Shown piece after piece: positions 1-9,205 of a DNA stretch of 64,000 nt. Both the position numbers and the translations under genes were made by a program. Source of the stretch: an uncultured Pseudomonadota bacterium (GTDB taxonomy: Bacteria > Babelota > Babeliae > Babelales > JACPOV01); NCBI GenBank assembly GCA_964620245.1, contig CAZUJC010000001.1, positions 436 to 64,435 of the forward strand, read 5' to 3'. Positions within the stretch are counted from its first letter, which is position 1. Every line of letters begins with the position of its first letter. The notes beneath the pieces were generated by a model, which was not told where the DNA came from, did no database searches, and saw nothing but the letters and a program-made list of their open reading frames with translations.

Positions 1-652
1 CAAGCGGTTCTTGCGGTGCATTTACGGTCAAACGAAGAGCAGATAAGAAATCGAGTCTATAAGCAAATGCATCTTGTACTACTTGAAGTACTCCATTCTC
101 GTCGGGCACTTGTTCATTTTGAAGGCGACGAACCGAATCAAGATCACCATCTTCAAAGTCAGCACAACAACTGTCAAGTTCTACCCCAATATCACGAAAC
201 GGAATATCGGCACGCACACCAATTCGGTATTGACACTCACACCCGACTGTTCTGTCGATTGTCAGACCAAAAAATGCGCCCCGTTCATCGTAACTTATGC
301 GCGGGGAAATAACCGAAATTGATAAAAACGGATTGAGCGGATCAATGGTTCCAGGAGCAAAGGCATCTATCCCCAAAAAATCCGGCGAACCAAAAATAAC
401 GCCCGTTAATGGTTCTGTATCCAATGTTTCTGCATTTTTGAATGCACGATGCGCGGATCTGAAATAACCAGCTCCCCATGCATCTACGTTCCAGCAGCTT
501 TCCTCATCTTTTGGTCTAGGATAAGGATAATGCCAGTAACCCCATTGCAACGCAAGGGGGTTACGAATTTCACGAGCCACTAAATCGGTTACAACCGATA
601 ACCCGACGAGCACTGCTATTATCAGGCGGTGCCAGGTAATCTGTTTCTTCAT
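1..652 (-). CDS. Putative outer-membrane/secreted protein, N-terminal 217 codons only (3' end lies beyond the left window edge)
   Basis: Missing from the ORF track because no stop codon lies in the window. Hand translation of the minus strand from ATG 652-650 stays open to nt 1: MKKQITWHRLIIAVLVGLSVVTDLVAREIRNPLALQWGYWHYPYPRPKDEESCWNVDAWGAGYFRSAH...ISPRISYDERGAFFGLTIDR... An AAGGAG Shine-Dalgarno (revcomp of 658-663) lies 5 nt upstream. The N-terminus looks like a signal peptide and aromatic/Gly-rich strand-like segments follow. Plus-strand ORFs 16-312 and 74-322 overlap it and are judged spurious. Confidence 0.6.
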   Translation of the reverse strand, partial: MKKQITWHRLIIAVLVGLSVVTDLVAREIRNPLALQWGYWHYPYPRPKDEESCWNVDAWGAGYFRSAHRAFKNAETLDTEPLTGVIFGSPDFLGIDAFAPGTIDPLNPFLSISVISPRISYDERGAFFGLTIDRTVGCECQYRIGVRADIPFRDIGVELDSCCADFEDGDLDSVRRLQNEQVPDENGVLQVVQDAFAYRLDFLSALRLTVNAPQEPL

Positions 653-699
653 TCTGCTCCTTCTTTACAAGAAAAATTCAATTTAATATCTAGCATCAA

Positions 700-3600
700 T
701 TACGAACCACGAATTGCAACGACATTATTAATGTTGCCCGTTCCATTATCAATATTAATATTAGCGGCACCCGAAGCAGCGATATAATTGTAAGCAAACG
801 GATCGGCTGATACACCACTCAAAAAGCGTGTATACGGGGTGCGTATAATTGCATTATTTATCACATAACCAAGCGACAATACATTCAAATCAGTAAATGC
901 CGCATTTGATTTTGGTGATGAATATGAAACATGATTTCGTGTTACTAGATAATTAAATAATGCAGTCGGTGTTACTGCTGTTGGTTGTGGCGGTTGCGAC
1001 GCATCATTTAAAAGATCTTTTGAAGAAAAGAGACCAACGGTGAGTGAGCTATTTACTACACCAGAATAACCGGTAACCGTTGGTGTCAATTGAACACCCA
1101 GACTTGGAGCTCTCAGTAAAGTTCTCAAATCAACAAGATGAGATTCATCAAGCGACGCAAAACCTGAACGACTGCAGCAATAGCTATCAATCAGCTCACG
1201 CCCACGCATGATTTCATCATCACTCATCGTTTGTGGCTGATTAGTTTTAAGCAAGGTTTCAAGCAGCGCTAAAATCAATGGACGAACTTGATCTACCGGA
1301 ACAACAATAGATCCCTGCTCTGCTCCTAGAATTTGAGACAGTACTGTTTGCGCTTTTTCAGCTAACTCAATACCTTGTTGTTCTGTTGAGGTAATGATGA
1401 TATCTGCTGGAATAAATTCTTGAACAAAATCAGAAATGCGTTCTTCAATACTAATACAATTTTGCATTTGGATCATGTTTCCGCCACCCAAAATATTTGA
1501 CACTATCGGGTCAAAATTAAAGGTAAACGAAGTTCCAGGACCAACCGCAAGTAACGAAGCGAGGTCAAAGTTACCCGAGAATATTTGACTGTGGCGGAAT
1601 GTACCTTCATTAACGTTTATGGTCACATTTCCTACTGTAGCCAGACACCCAACAGTCCATTCGTTTGGAATACCGCTTGGACGCGCCACCATTCCCACAC
1701 CAAATCCTACAAACCCTTGTCTATTGATTTGGAATACGGCACCGATGCCATCAATTGAGAGATTAAAGTTGACTGCTTCGCCTTCAAGAAGTGTATTACC
1801 TACTTGGAACACACCACCCGGCTCTTCATCATTACCAACCTCAAAGCGAGCTTGATCGTTAAGAGTCATATTAATAGTAGTGATTGTTGTGCATGAAATG
1901 TCATTTTCGATGCCCAAATAAGTATTCGCATGAACCAACCACTGGGCAGATTCATTCAAAATGATATTTCCACTACCGCTTATTTTAACTCGTATTGGAT
2001 CAAGATCTGAAACTGATGCGCCAATTTGTTCTGCGACATTCAGTACACGTTCAAGAGAGACTGAACTGTTGTCAGTAAAGACAACCGTGCCGCCACCCAT
2101 AATCATACGGGCACCTGGTTCAAACACCAGCTGCAATTGTCCTGCAAACTCAATAATTTGATTTGGATTCGTAAATCCTGAAAGATCAAGAACACCAGTA
2201 TTGAGAATGCGCAGCTCTTTTGGATCATCAGAGTGGAAGGTTAATGTTTGCGGACCGTTCACGGCAAAATCTGGACCGGGAACAATATGGCATACGTTAT
2301 TGATAATTATATCTTCATTAACTTCAACTGTGCCACTACCATTAGCACATAATGTCACACCATTAATGCCAAGAACTACTGATGCTGAAACAGAATCAAC
2401 ATTACGATGAGCTGTGCTCAATCCAACACGTCCTGCATTTTGAAGCACAATAAATCCAACTGGCGCTTCGGCTGTGTTACATCCAAGTAAGAACACTAGT
2501 TCACGAATATTGCCACCATTAACAAGAAGATGTGCTTGATCACCGATTCGTGATCGTTTTATTTGGAATTGATTTACGGTACCTTCAACCGATGGTAACG
2601 CTTGCAAATTCGCGCGCGTCACTGGTGGACAGAAACAAGCACTCGGTGTGAATACTGGTTCAAACGGCACAAAGCTATTGCTTCCTACATAGTCCTTCGT
2701 TACTGCACCCCAATCCATTGTAAAGTCTGATAAATCTTGCGATGCAGGAATCAGAACTCGCTGACCAGATTGTGTTAAATCAATCTTCCACTGAGTAATA
2801 CCAACACGATTACGGAAATTGACTTGATTTTCAGGTAAATCAATTACACCATTTCTGCTTCGAACTACCATTGTCGAGAAGTTTGCAATAGCCAGGCGGT
2901 CTATAGTAATGGTTCCGTTTTTATCAACGAAAATTCCACCAGATCCAGTTGTGCCACTTGTTTCAGGCAAACCCAAGAAGCCACCATGCGTTTCGAATGA
3001 GAAATAATCGCCAAGTATTAATACCGATGGCGTTGTAACTAGCGTTATTCCATCTGGTCCCGTATCGCCATCTGTACCGATCGAAATATTACTCTCATTG
3101 CCCAAGAAAATAGTATGAACCGAAAATTGATTTGCAATCGCTGTTGGTGTTGAAATACCTTCTGTTATGCACGAGCTATTTGAGCTCACATCGAGCGAAA
3201 GTTTATGCACAGAAGGATCAATTTGAGCTGTTAATTGGAAAATATCTAAATGTGAATCTTTGCTAATAAGTTGGCCACCATTGGAAAGTGAACCTTCGTT
3301 TGTTCCTAAAATAACATAGCGACCGTACGCATTATCAATCAATCTACCATTACCATAAAATCTAAAGGTGCTTGCGTTTCCATCAATTTCGTTTGGAATA
3401 TATAAATCAACTCCAGTAAAACCTGCACCTGTATTAAAACGGATAAACGAATTAACAAACGCCATTGTTGGTCGTGGTTGTTCCGTAGGCAGACAAACTT
3501 CGAACGTTTCGCCACCAATGTACGTTGGTTCAGAATTTATTGGTGTAGATCCCAAGTTATCGCGTTCAAGAATAATATGATTCTGATCAGTATGCATCAA

Positions 3601-5217
3601 TGATGTATTATTAAAGGTAATCAAATTATTTACGATAACGCCGCCACTGTTGTAACGTAACAAGTTGCCATTCACATCTGTTGCAAATGTTCTTTGAGGA
3701 AATTGAGTTTCTGTTGACTCTGCAAAAACTGAACAGCCAGTTGGAGTTACCGCAAGTGAAAGCACATTTAAGCCACTGTTGCCTCCACCAATGGGGCCAT
3801 TAATTTCCAACTGCCCTTCAACATCTAATACCAGGTTGCCAACACCGGGTGTCATTTCGTCCGGGTTAACAGTAAACGAAAGAATTGTATCACCACCGAT
3901 GGTAAACGATTCCTCAAATTCACCTAAATTATTACATCCTGAGCGCAAGTAGATTGCTGAAGGACTACCAAAAAGAATTGCTGCAGGAATAGCTAATCCG
4001 TTTTGATTCCCATCAACCACAAACGCTGACGGATTTCGTTCTTTAATAAAATCTTCAACGCTCGTTGCATCGCCATTTGCAATAGCTAATTGAATACGTG
4101 TTTGTACCGCTGTTAATGGAGTAAATACTTGTGGAACTTTATTTATGCTGGTGCCAATATAATTAAGATAGGTTAGATTTTGTAGTACTAATTCTCCATT
4201 TGCACTTAACACAAAACCGGTTTGGGTGCCAGTTACTGCAAAAGAACCATCACAAAATGGATCTTGCAAATAATTTGTTAACGTTAAATTGCTATTGATT
4301 ATGGTGAGTAGTGAAGGGGTTCCAGTTCCAGAATTTGCATTTCTAATCTGCATGGTTGCTTCTTCACCAGCAGGAATAGCTAATGCAACATCAGTAATCA
4401 TAAAGTTAGGTTGATTAAGACCGCCAGGTGCCGTAATTAAATGGCCCATTATGTTCATACATGCTTGATCATCAATACGCAAAATGAAATAGCCCGTTCC
4501 GGTATTTGACGGATCAAATGCGACGATGCCCAATTCAGTTGCGCCCGCGGCAACTGGAGTTTCAGCCATAAACGTTAAATACGATTTAGCACCAATTTGA
4601 ACTTCAGCATTTTGACCAAGCTCAGCTGGACCAAATGTACCAAGTGGTTGGAAACGACTAAATAAAACAGTTGGAATTGAACCATTTTGCTGAGCAATAT
4701 AGAATTTTGTACCACCACTTGTTGGCAATGAACTGAAGGTAAGATGTTGATCACCTTTGATGAAAAAGTTGATCGTACCACCACCCGAAGCGGTCACTAA
4801 TAAATCAAGTTGATTTGCACCGTTTGCAGTTCCACGGAAAAGCAAGTCATTCTCAACTTCAAACGTAATTGAACGACCAACCGGGGCAAATAAATACAAC
4901 CGCGCAGGATTTGTTGGAACACCATCTGCTCGATTACCGGATCCTGTAATAACCGCATCACCATTGGTAATGGTAACAACAATATCGCAAGTATTTGCTC
5001 TTACACTAATACCATCTACAAGTGCATTGGTACCAATCACATCAATATCTTGATCAACAACATCTGTGAGCACGCCAGAGCTAAAGCCGACTCCATCGCT
5101 CAGGTTATGCCACAACACCGTTGGGCCAGCACAAGGCGCACCCTGTACATTTTGGGAAAGTATCGCACAAAACACAATTAAAATTTTTTTTGCCAACTGA
5201 TTGGCATTATTCTTCAT
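700..5217 (-). CDS. Giant secreted repeat-rich surface protein (beta-helix/Pmp-like passenger), function unknown
   Basis: 1505-aa ORF. The ATG at 5217 is preceded by a GGACGAGGAG purine tract. Signal peptide MKNNANQLAKKILIVFCAILSQNVQG/AP. Composition is Gly/Asn/Thr/Ser/Val-rich with recurring GG-x3-4-F...N segments (GGGTINFFIKGDQHLTFSS, GGGTVVFTDNSSVSL, GSGGIFVDKNGTITID, PGGVFQVGNTLLEGEAVNFNLS). There is no C-terminal aromatic barrel signature (it ends ...NNVVAIRGS). Confidence 0.8.
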   Translation of the reverse strand: MKNNANQLAKKILIVFCAILSQNVQGAPCAGPTVLWHNLSDGVGFSSGVLTDVVDQDIDVIGTNALVDGISVRANTCDIVVTITNGDAVITGSGNRADGVPTNPARLYLFAPVGRSITFEVENDLLFRGTANGANQLDLLVTASGGGTINFFIKGDQHLTFSSLPTSGGTKFYIAQQNGSIPTVLFSRFQPLGTFGPAELGQNAEVQIGAKSYLTFMAETPVAAGATELGIVAFDPSNTGTGYFILRIDDQACMNIMGHLITAPGGLNQPNFMITDVALAIPAGEEATMQIRNANSGTGTPSLLTIINSNLTLTNYLQDPFCDGSFAVTGTQTGFVLSANGELVLQNLTYLNYIGTSINKVPQVFTPLTAVQTRIQLAIANGDATSVEDFIKERNPSAFVVDGNQNGLAIPAAILFGSPSAIYLRSGCNNLGEFEESFTIGGDTILSFTVNPDEMTPGVGNLVLDVEGQLEINGPIGGGNSGLNVLSLAVTPTGCSVFAESTETQFPQRTFATDVNGNLLRYNSGGVIVNNLITFNNTSLMHTDQNHIILERDNLGSTPINSEPTYIGGETFEVCLPTEQPRPTMAFVNSFIRFNTGAGFTGVDLYIPNEIDGNASTFRFYGNGRLIDNAYGRYVILGTNEGSLSNGGQLISKDSHLDIFQLTAQIDPSVHKLSLDVSSNSSCITEGISTPTAIANQFSVHTIFLGNESNISIGTDGDTGPDGITLVTTPSVLILGDYFSFETHGGFLGLPETSGTTGSGGIFVDKNGTITIDRLAIANFSTMVVRSRNGVIDLPENQVNFRNRVGITQWKIDLTQSGQRVLIPASQDLSDFTMDWGAVTKDYVGSNSFVPFEPVFTPSACFCPPVTRANLQALPSVEGTVNQFQIKRSRIGDQAHLLVNGGNIRELVFLLGCNTAEAPVGFIVLQNAGRVGLSTAHRNVDSVSASVVLGINGVTLCANGSGTVEVNEDIIINNVCHIVPGPDFAVNGPQTLTFHSDDPKELRILNTGVLDLSGFTNPNQIIEFAGQLQLVFEPGARMIMGGGTVVFTDNSSVSLERVLNVAEQIGASVSDLDPIRVKISGSGNIILNESAQWLVHANTYLGIENDISCTTITTINMTLNDQARFEVGNDEEPGGVFQVGNTLLEGEAVNFNLSIDGIGAVFQINRQGFVGFGVGMVARPSGIPNEWTVGCLATVGNVTINVNEGTFRHSQIFSGNFDLASLLAVGPGTSFTFNFDPIVSNILGGGNMIQMQNCISIEERISDFVQEFIPADIIITSTEQQGIELAEKAQTVLSQILGAEQGSIVVPVDQVRPLILALLETLLKTNQPQTMSDDEIMRGRELIDSYCCSRSGFASLDESHLVDLRTLLRAPSLGVQLTPTVTGYSGVVNSSLTVGLFSSKDLLNDASQPPQPTAVTPTALFNYLVTRNHVSYSSPKSNAAFTDLNVLSLGYVINNAIIRTPYTRFLSGVSADPFAYNYIAASGAANINIDNGTGNINNVVAIRGS

Positions 5218-5351
5218 AACTCCTCGTCCTTTTTATGAATACTACGTCTTTTTTTTAGGTAACAAATATTCCTCTTTTTAATTTTTTACTTTGAAAAAAG
5301 TAAAACAATACGAATCAAGACTTATCATTTTGAAATTATAAAATCAAGAAT

Positions 5352-6431
5352 CTAAAGTTTTATCGCCATCCAAAGTTCGTTAATCGTATCTTCAGACATC
5401 AATTGTCGAAAGAAATGCAATTGATCAACATTTTGTTGATAGGCAGAAATGAGTTGTTGAGGAGCATTAACATTTTGTAAAAAAGGTATGAGCTCTTGAG
5501 TTGCGGGTATAAATGGATATTTATCAAAATGGTGCTTAAGAATTTTTTCTTCAAATAGAAAGTTAATAAATTGATACACTTCATTGTCACGATGCGTATT
5601 TGCAGCTATCACTAAGCTATCAACAACTAAGAAACTTCCTTCTTGCGGAATAATAAAATTAATTGCAGAATCACTTTTAAGCGTTTCGACTATAAATGCG
5701 CTGCCCATAACCGCAACTGAACATTGCTTGGAACGCAATAAATAATCGGCTCGAACATCGCCATCTACATACGCTTCCACTCTTTTTCTTTGTTCAAATA
5801 ACAACGAATATACATCTCGTTGTTGCTCAGAACTGAGTTGCTCAACAGTGCCAAACAAATAGTACGCAGCCAAAGCTATGCCTTCTCGTGCAGAATTGAG
5901 CATCGTTACTTTTCCTGGCCCCGCTGAATCAAAAATTAATTTCCATGAAGGCGTAGGCGGTTGTGTAAATGCATCATTACGAACACCAAGACCATAGACA
6001 GCCCAATGATAAGGAATAGTATATTTATTTTCGGGATCATAATAGGGATTAAGTAAATGAGGATTGAGTCGCTGCCAAAAATTAAGCTTAGTTCTGTCAA
6101 TCGGTTTAATTAATCTGTTCTGAATAAGTTTCTCAATAACATAGTCTGATGGAATTACTAAATCAAAACCTTCACCGCGACCCGCAAGTAATTTTATAAA
6201 GAGCTCTTCATTATTTTCAAAAAACCGTAATTTAACAGTAATTCCAGTTGTAGCTTCAAATTTGCTTAACAATTCTGGATCGATCAAATCGGTCCACGTA
6301 AGAACCGTAATTGTTTTTTTATTTTCAAAAAACTTCATCGTAGGTGCATACAAAAAACAGCAGATTATTAAAAACCAAAAAAGAGTCATCACACCGCGCA
6401 CCATAAATCGATTGAACAATTGATGTATCAT
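5352..6431 (-). CDS. potD: Spermidine/putrescine ABC transporter substrate-binding protein
   Basis: PotD/PotF-family sequence (FDLVIPSDYVIEKLIQNRLIKPID, YTIPYHWAVYGLGVRND) with an N-terminal hydrophobic anchor. It is the last gene of a potA-B-C-D ordered cluster. ATG at 6431 preceded by GAGAGGAA; the ORF-track start is the GTG at 6434. Confidence 0.85.
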   Translation of the reverse strand: MIHQLFNRFMVRGVMTLFWFLIICCFLYAPTMKFFENKKTITVLTWTDLIDPELLSKFEATTGITVKLRFFENNEELFIKLLAGRGEGFDLVIPSDYVIEKLIQNRLIKPIDRTKLNFWQRLNPHLLNPYYDPENKYTIPYHWAVYGLGVRNDAFTQPPTPSWKLIFDSAGPGKVTMLNSAREGIALAAYYLFGTVEQLSSEQQRDVYSLLFEQRKRVEAYVDGDVRADYLLRSKQCSVAVMGSAFIVETLKSDSAINFIIPQEGSFLVVDSLVIAANTHRDNEVYQFINFLFEEKILKHHFDKYPFIPATQELIPFLQNVNAPQQLISAYQQNVDQLHFFRQLMSEDTINELWMAIKL

Positions 6432-6443
6432 CACAAGTTCCTC

Positions 6444-7229
6444 TCAAAAAAGCTTGGCGCGAATTTTACTTGATGCAAGCAGCAGAATCAAAAAACTACT
6501 CACAACAAAAAGTACTGTTGAAAGTGCATTTAAAGTAGGAGATACACCGGTTCTAATAGTTGCAAAAATATACAGCGATAATGTTTGAACAGAGCTACCT
6601 GCAAAAAAGAAAGAGAGTAAAAAATCATCCAGCGAAATAATAAATACCAACAGCGTTGATGAAATAATTGCGGGCATCAGTAGAGGTAATATTATTTTCA
6701 TAAACGTCTGATTAAGCGATGCACCTAAATCAAGAGAAGCCTCTATCAAACTAGAATCAATTTCTTTAAATCGCCCCGAAAGAAGCGGTACAACATACCC
6801 CAACCCTAAAATTGTGTGTCCAACAATCAGCGTCACCAAACCTAATGGCACAGCAAAAAACGTAAAAAAAGTAAGCAATCCAACTGATAAAATAATTTCT
6901 GGAACCATGAGATTTGCAAAAAAAGAGGTTAATAAAACTTTCATTTTTGATTGAGCACTATAAAAAACAAAAAGTACTCCTAGAAGTAAACTTAAGAGAG
7001 CAGAACCCGTTGCAACAATAAGCGAATTTTTGAACGCATCCCAAATAACGGGTGATTGCATTAATTCAGAATACCATTTGAGAGAAAATGAATGCCATGT
7101 ATAGGGGAAAACAACGCTATTAAATGAAAAAATTATGAGAACCGCAATCGGCACATATAAAAAAACATATGTAGTTGCAAGAATAAGCGACAATACATAA
7201 CGAGAAAAAAATCCTTCATTCATCAACAC
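6444..7229 (-). CDS. potC: Spermidine/putrescine ABC transporter permease
   Basis: Six-TM permease with the EAA loop EASLDLGASLNQTFMKIILPLLMPAI. Position in the pot cluster supports the call. The start is ambiguous (GTG 7229, TTG 7226, ATG 7223). Confidence 0.85.
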   Translation of the reverse strand: MLMNEGFFSRYVLSLILATTYVFLYVPIAVLIIFSFNSVVFPYTWHSFSLKWYSELMQSPVIWDAFKNSLIVATGSALLSLLLGVLFVFYSAQSKMKVLLTSFFANLMVPEIILSVGLLTFFTFFAVPLGLVTLIVGHTILGLGYVVPLLSGRFKEIDSSLIEASLDLGASLNQTFMKIILPLLMPAIISSTLLVFIISLDDFLLSFFFAGSSVQTLSLYIFATIRTGVSPTLNALSTVLFVVSSFLILLLASSKIRAKLF

Positions 7230-7241
7230 GTATGCACCCTT

Positions 7242-8111
7242 TCACCAGCGATGAACTAATCGCTTGAGTATCCAATTAAGAACAAAAATTGTTAAAAGCA
7301 ATGCAATTCCACTCACGCAGGTAAATGCGGCACCTTTTTCAAGTTCTAAAGCATTCAAAACATAATATGAAATTGCTGTTCCCACAAAAACATATTTATC
7401 GCCGCCCATCAAAAGCGGAATAGCAAATTCACCAAACGTAAGAACAAATACTAAAAAAAATCCGGTACGAATTCCGGGCCAACTCAGTGGCAAAATGACG
7501 CGTAAAAACGTTTGCCGTTGCGTTGCTCCTAAATCGGATGAAGCTTCAAGCAAATTTTTATCAATTTTTTCTAAAGCATTAATAATCGGCATAATCATAA
7601 ATGGCACGTAGCAATAAAACATAACGATGCCAATTGCAAAAACATTATTAAGAAGTCCGATTGGTTCATTAATAAGCCCAAGCCTTAAAAGAAACATATT
7701 AACCAAACCATCTCGCTCTAATATGAAAAACCATGCATAAACTAAAATTAAAAGATTGGTCCAAAAAGGCACCACCAAAAAAAACAACAGAATCTGTTTG
7801 AATCTTCCTGCACGGAACGCCAAATAATATGCTACGGGATACGCAACCAATAAACAGCTGCTCGCTACTGCAATACCGAGTAAAAGAGAGTTAGCAATAA
7901 TATGCAAATGTAAAAAATCAAGAACTCGACCGTAATGTTTAAGCGTAATTATTAACGATGAAACCAGTGCAGACCGGTCAACAAAGCTAATAAAAATCAT
8001 TACTGCTAATGGCAAAAACAAAAATAAAAACTGCCACAACAATGCTGGAATGGAAAAGAAAAAAGGTAGCTGTGTGGCAAAGAGTAGTTTAATTTTGTGG
8101 AATGTGCTCAT
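7242..8111 (-). CDS. potB: Spermidine/putrescine ABC transporter permease
   Basis: Permease with the EAA loop EASSDLGATQRQTFLRVILPLSWPGI. The ATG at 8111 forms an ATGA overlap with the potA stop. The ORF-track start at 8144 would overlap potA by 37 nt. Confidence 0.85.
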   Translation of the reverse strand: MSTFHKIKLLFATQLPFFFSIPALLWQFLFLFLPLAVMIFISFVDRSALVSSLIITLKHYGRVLDFLHLHIIANSLLLGIAVASSCLLVAYPVAYYLAFRAGRFKQILLFFLVVPFWTNLLILVYAWFFILERDGLVNMFLLRLGLINEPIGLLNNVFAIGIVMFYCYVPFMIMPIINALEKIDKNLLEASSDLGATQRQTFLRVILPLSWPGIRTGFFLVFVLTFGEFAIPLLMGGDKYVFVGTAISYYVLNALELEKGAAFTCVSGIALLLTIFVLNWILKRLVHRW

Positions 8112-9205
8112 CGTTCCAATAACACCGCGTTTTCTTTTTGCCAATATAAATATACTTGATTTGCATAATCGATTACTTCGCGAGCAAAATGTTCTTCATT
8201 TTGTTCAAATACATGTATTAAATAATCATTTTGTAATCGCACATTATATTGTGTCGATCGCCCATGATACACAATTGATTCTACAGTACCGGTTACGTGA
8301 TTGGAAAAACCATCTACCGGTTTTTTACTAATCAAAATTTTTTCAGGACGCAAACTCATAAATGCTGATTTACGTTCAACCATCGACTCTTTTTTTTCTG
8401 GAACAAATACACGAAAAATTCCCAAATGGTCAATTTCAATCGTGGCTTCTTGCCCTTCGACAGAACGCACAACACCCTGCATCAAATTGGTAGTTCCAAC
8501 AAATTTGGCTACAAAAGACGAGACCGGAAATTCGTAAATTTCTTTTGGTGTTCCGATTTGTTCAATCTGACCATCATGATTCATAATTGCCATCTGATCA
8601 GCAACAGTAAGCGCTTCAAATTGATCATGCGTTACATACACAAATGTTGTAGCTAATGTGCTTTGCAATTCAATCAATTCCAGAAGCATTTTTTCGCGCA
8701 ACTTCAAATCAAGAGCCGCAAGCGGTTCATCGAGTAACAATACATCAGGCTGATTTATCACTGCACGCGCTAGCGCCACACGTTGCTTTTGTCCACCAGA
8801 AAGTTGATAGATAGATTTATAGATGTGCTGTTCTAAATGCACGGTTTTTAAAATTTTAATAACACGTTGTTCAACAATGTCCGCCGGTAAATCCTTGACT
8901 CGTTGACCGTACGCAACATTATCGTACACGTTCAAATGCGGAAAAAGTGCGTAATTTTGAAAAACGGTATTGATTCGACGCTTATTAATTGGTGCATCGG
9001 TAATGTCTTCATCACCAACCAATATTTTGCCACTGTCAACTTTTTCAAACCCTGCTAACAATCGCAAAATTGTCGTTTTGCCACACCCACTTGGCCCCAG
9101 TAGCGCAAAAAATTGCCCTGAAGGAATAGTTAAAGTGAGATCTTCAAGAATAGTTTCGCCTTCATACGATTTTTTTACGTTTTCGAGCCGAATGCTCTTT
9201 GTCAT
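8108..9205 (-). CDS. potA: Spermidine/putrescine ABC transporter ATP-binding protein
   Basis: Walker A GPSGCGKTT, ABC signature LSGGQKQRVALARA, Walker B LLLDEPLAALD, and a C-terminal TOBE-like extension. It is the first ABC gene of the cluster. Confidence 0.9.
   Translation of the reverse strand: MTKSIRLENVKKSYEGETILEDLTLTIPSGQFFALLGPSGCGKTTILRLLAGFEKVDSGKILVGDEDITDAPINKRRINTVFQNYALFPHLNVYDNVAYGQRVKDLPADIVEQRVIKILKTVHLEQHIYKSIYQLSGGQKQRVALARAVINQPDVLLLDEPLAALDLKLREKMLLELIELQSTLATTFVYVTHDQFEALTVADQMAIMNHDGQIEQIGTPKEIYEFPVSSFVAKFVGTTNLMQGVVRSVEGQEATIEIDHLGIFRVFVPEKKESMVERKSAFMSLRPEKILISKKPVDGFSNHVTGTVESIVYHGRSTQYNVRLQNDYLIHVFEQNEEHFAREVIDYANQVYLYWQKENAVLLER

Noticed and set aside
16-322. Plus-strand ORFs of 98 and 82 aa at the left edge.
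   Set aside because: They lie entirely antisense to a 217-codon open frame (652 to 1, minus strand). That frame has a strong AAGGAG SD and a signal peptide, while the plus-strand ORFs have no RBS and an odd composition (His/Gln/Arg-rich).
700-1600. The C-terminal region of the 1505-aa protein as an autotransporter barrel.
   Set aside because: The last roughly 300 residues look helical or mixed, lack alternating aromatic strands, and do not end in Phe or Trp. They therefore do not fit a classical type Va translocator domain.
1619-4982. Several 60-80 aa ORFs on both strands inside the 1505-aa gene (for example 1619-1855, 1961-2161, 2201-2410, 3368-3580, 4575-4784, 4797-4982).
   Set aside because: All are nested within one long, well-supported ORF. 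They are the kind of shadow frame that a long, compositionally biased gene produces.
5281-5306. An AT-only hairpin (TTTTACTT/AAGTAAAA) after potD as a terminator.
   Set aside because: The 8-bp stem has a single G-C pair and is not followed by a T-run on the potD strand. It is too weak to call in an AT-rich genome.
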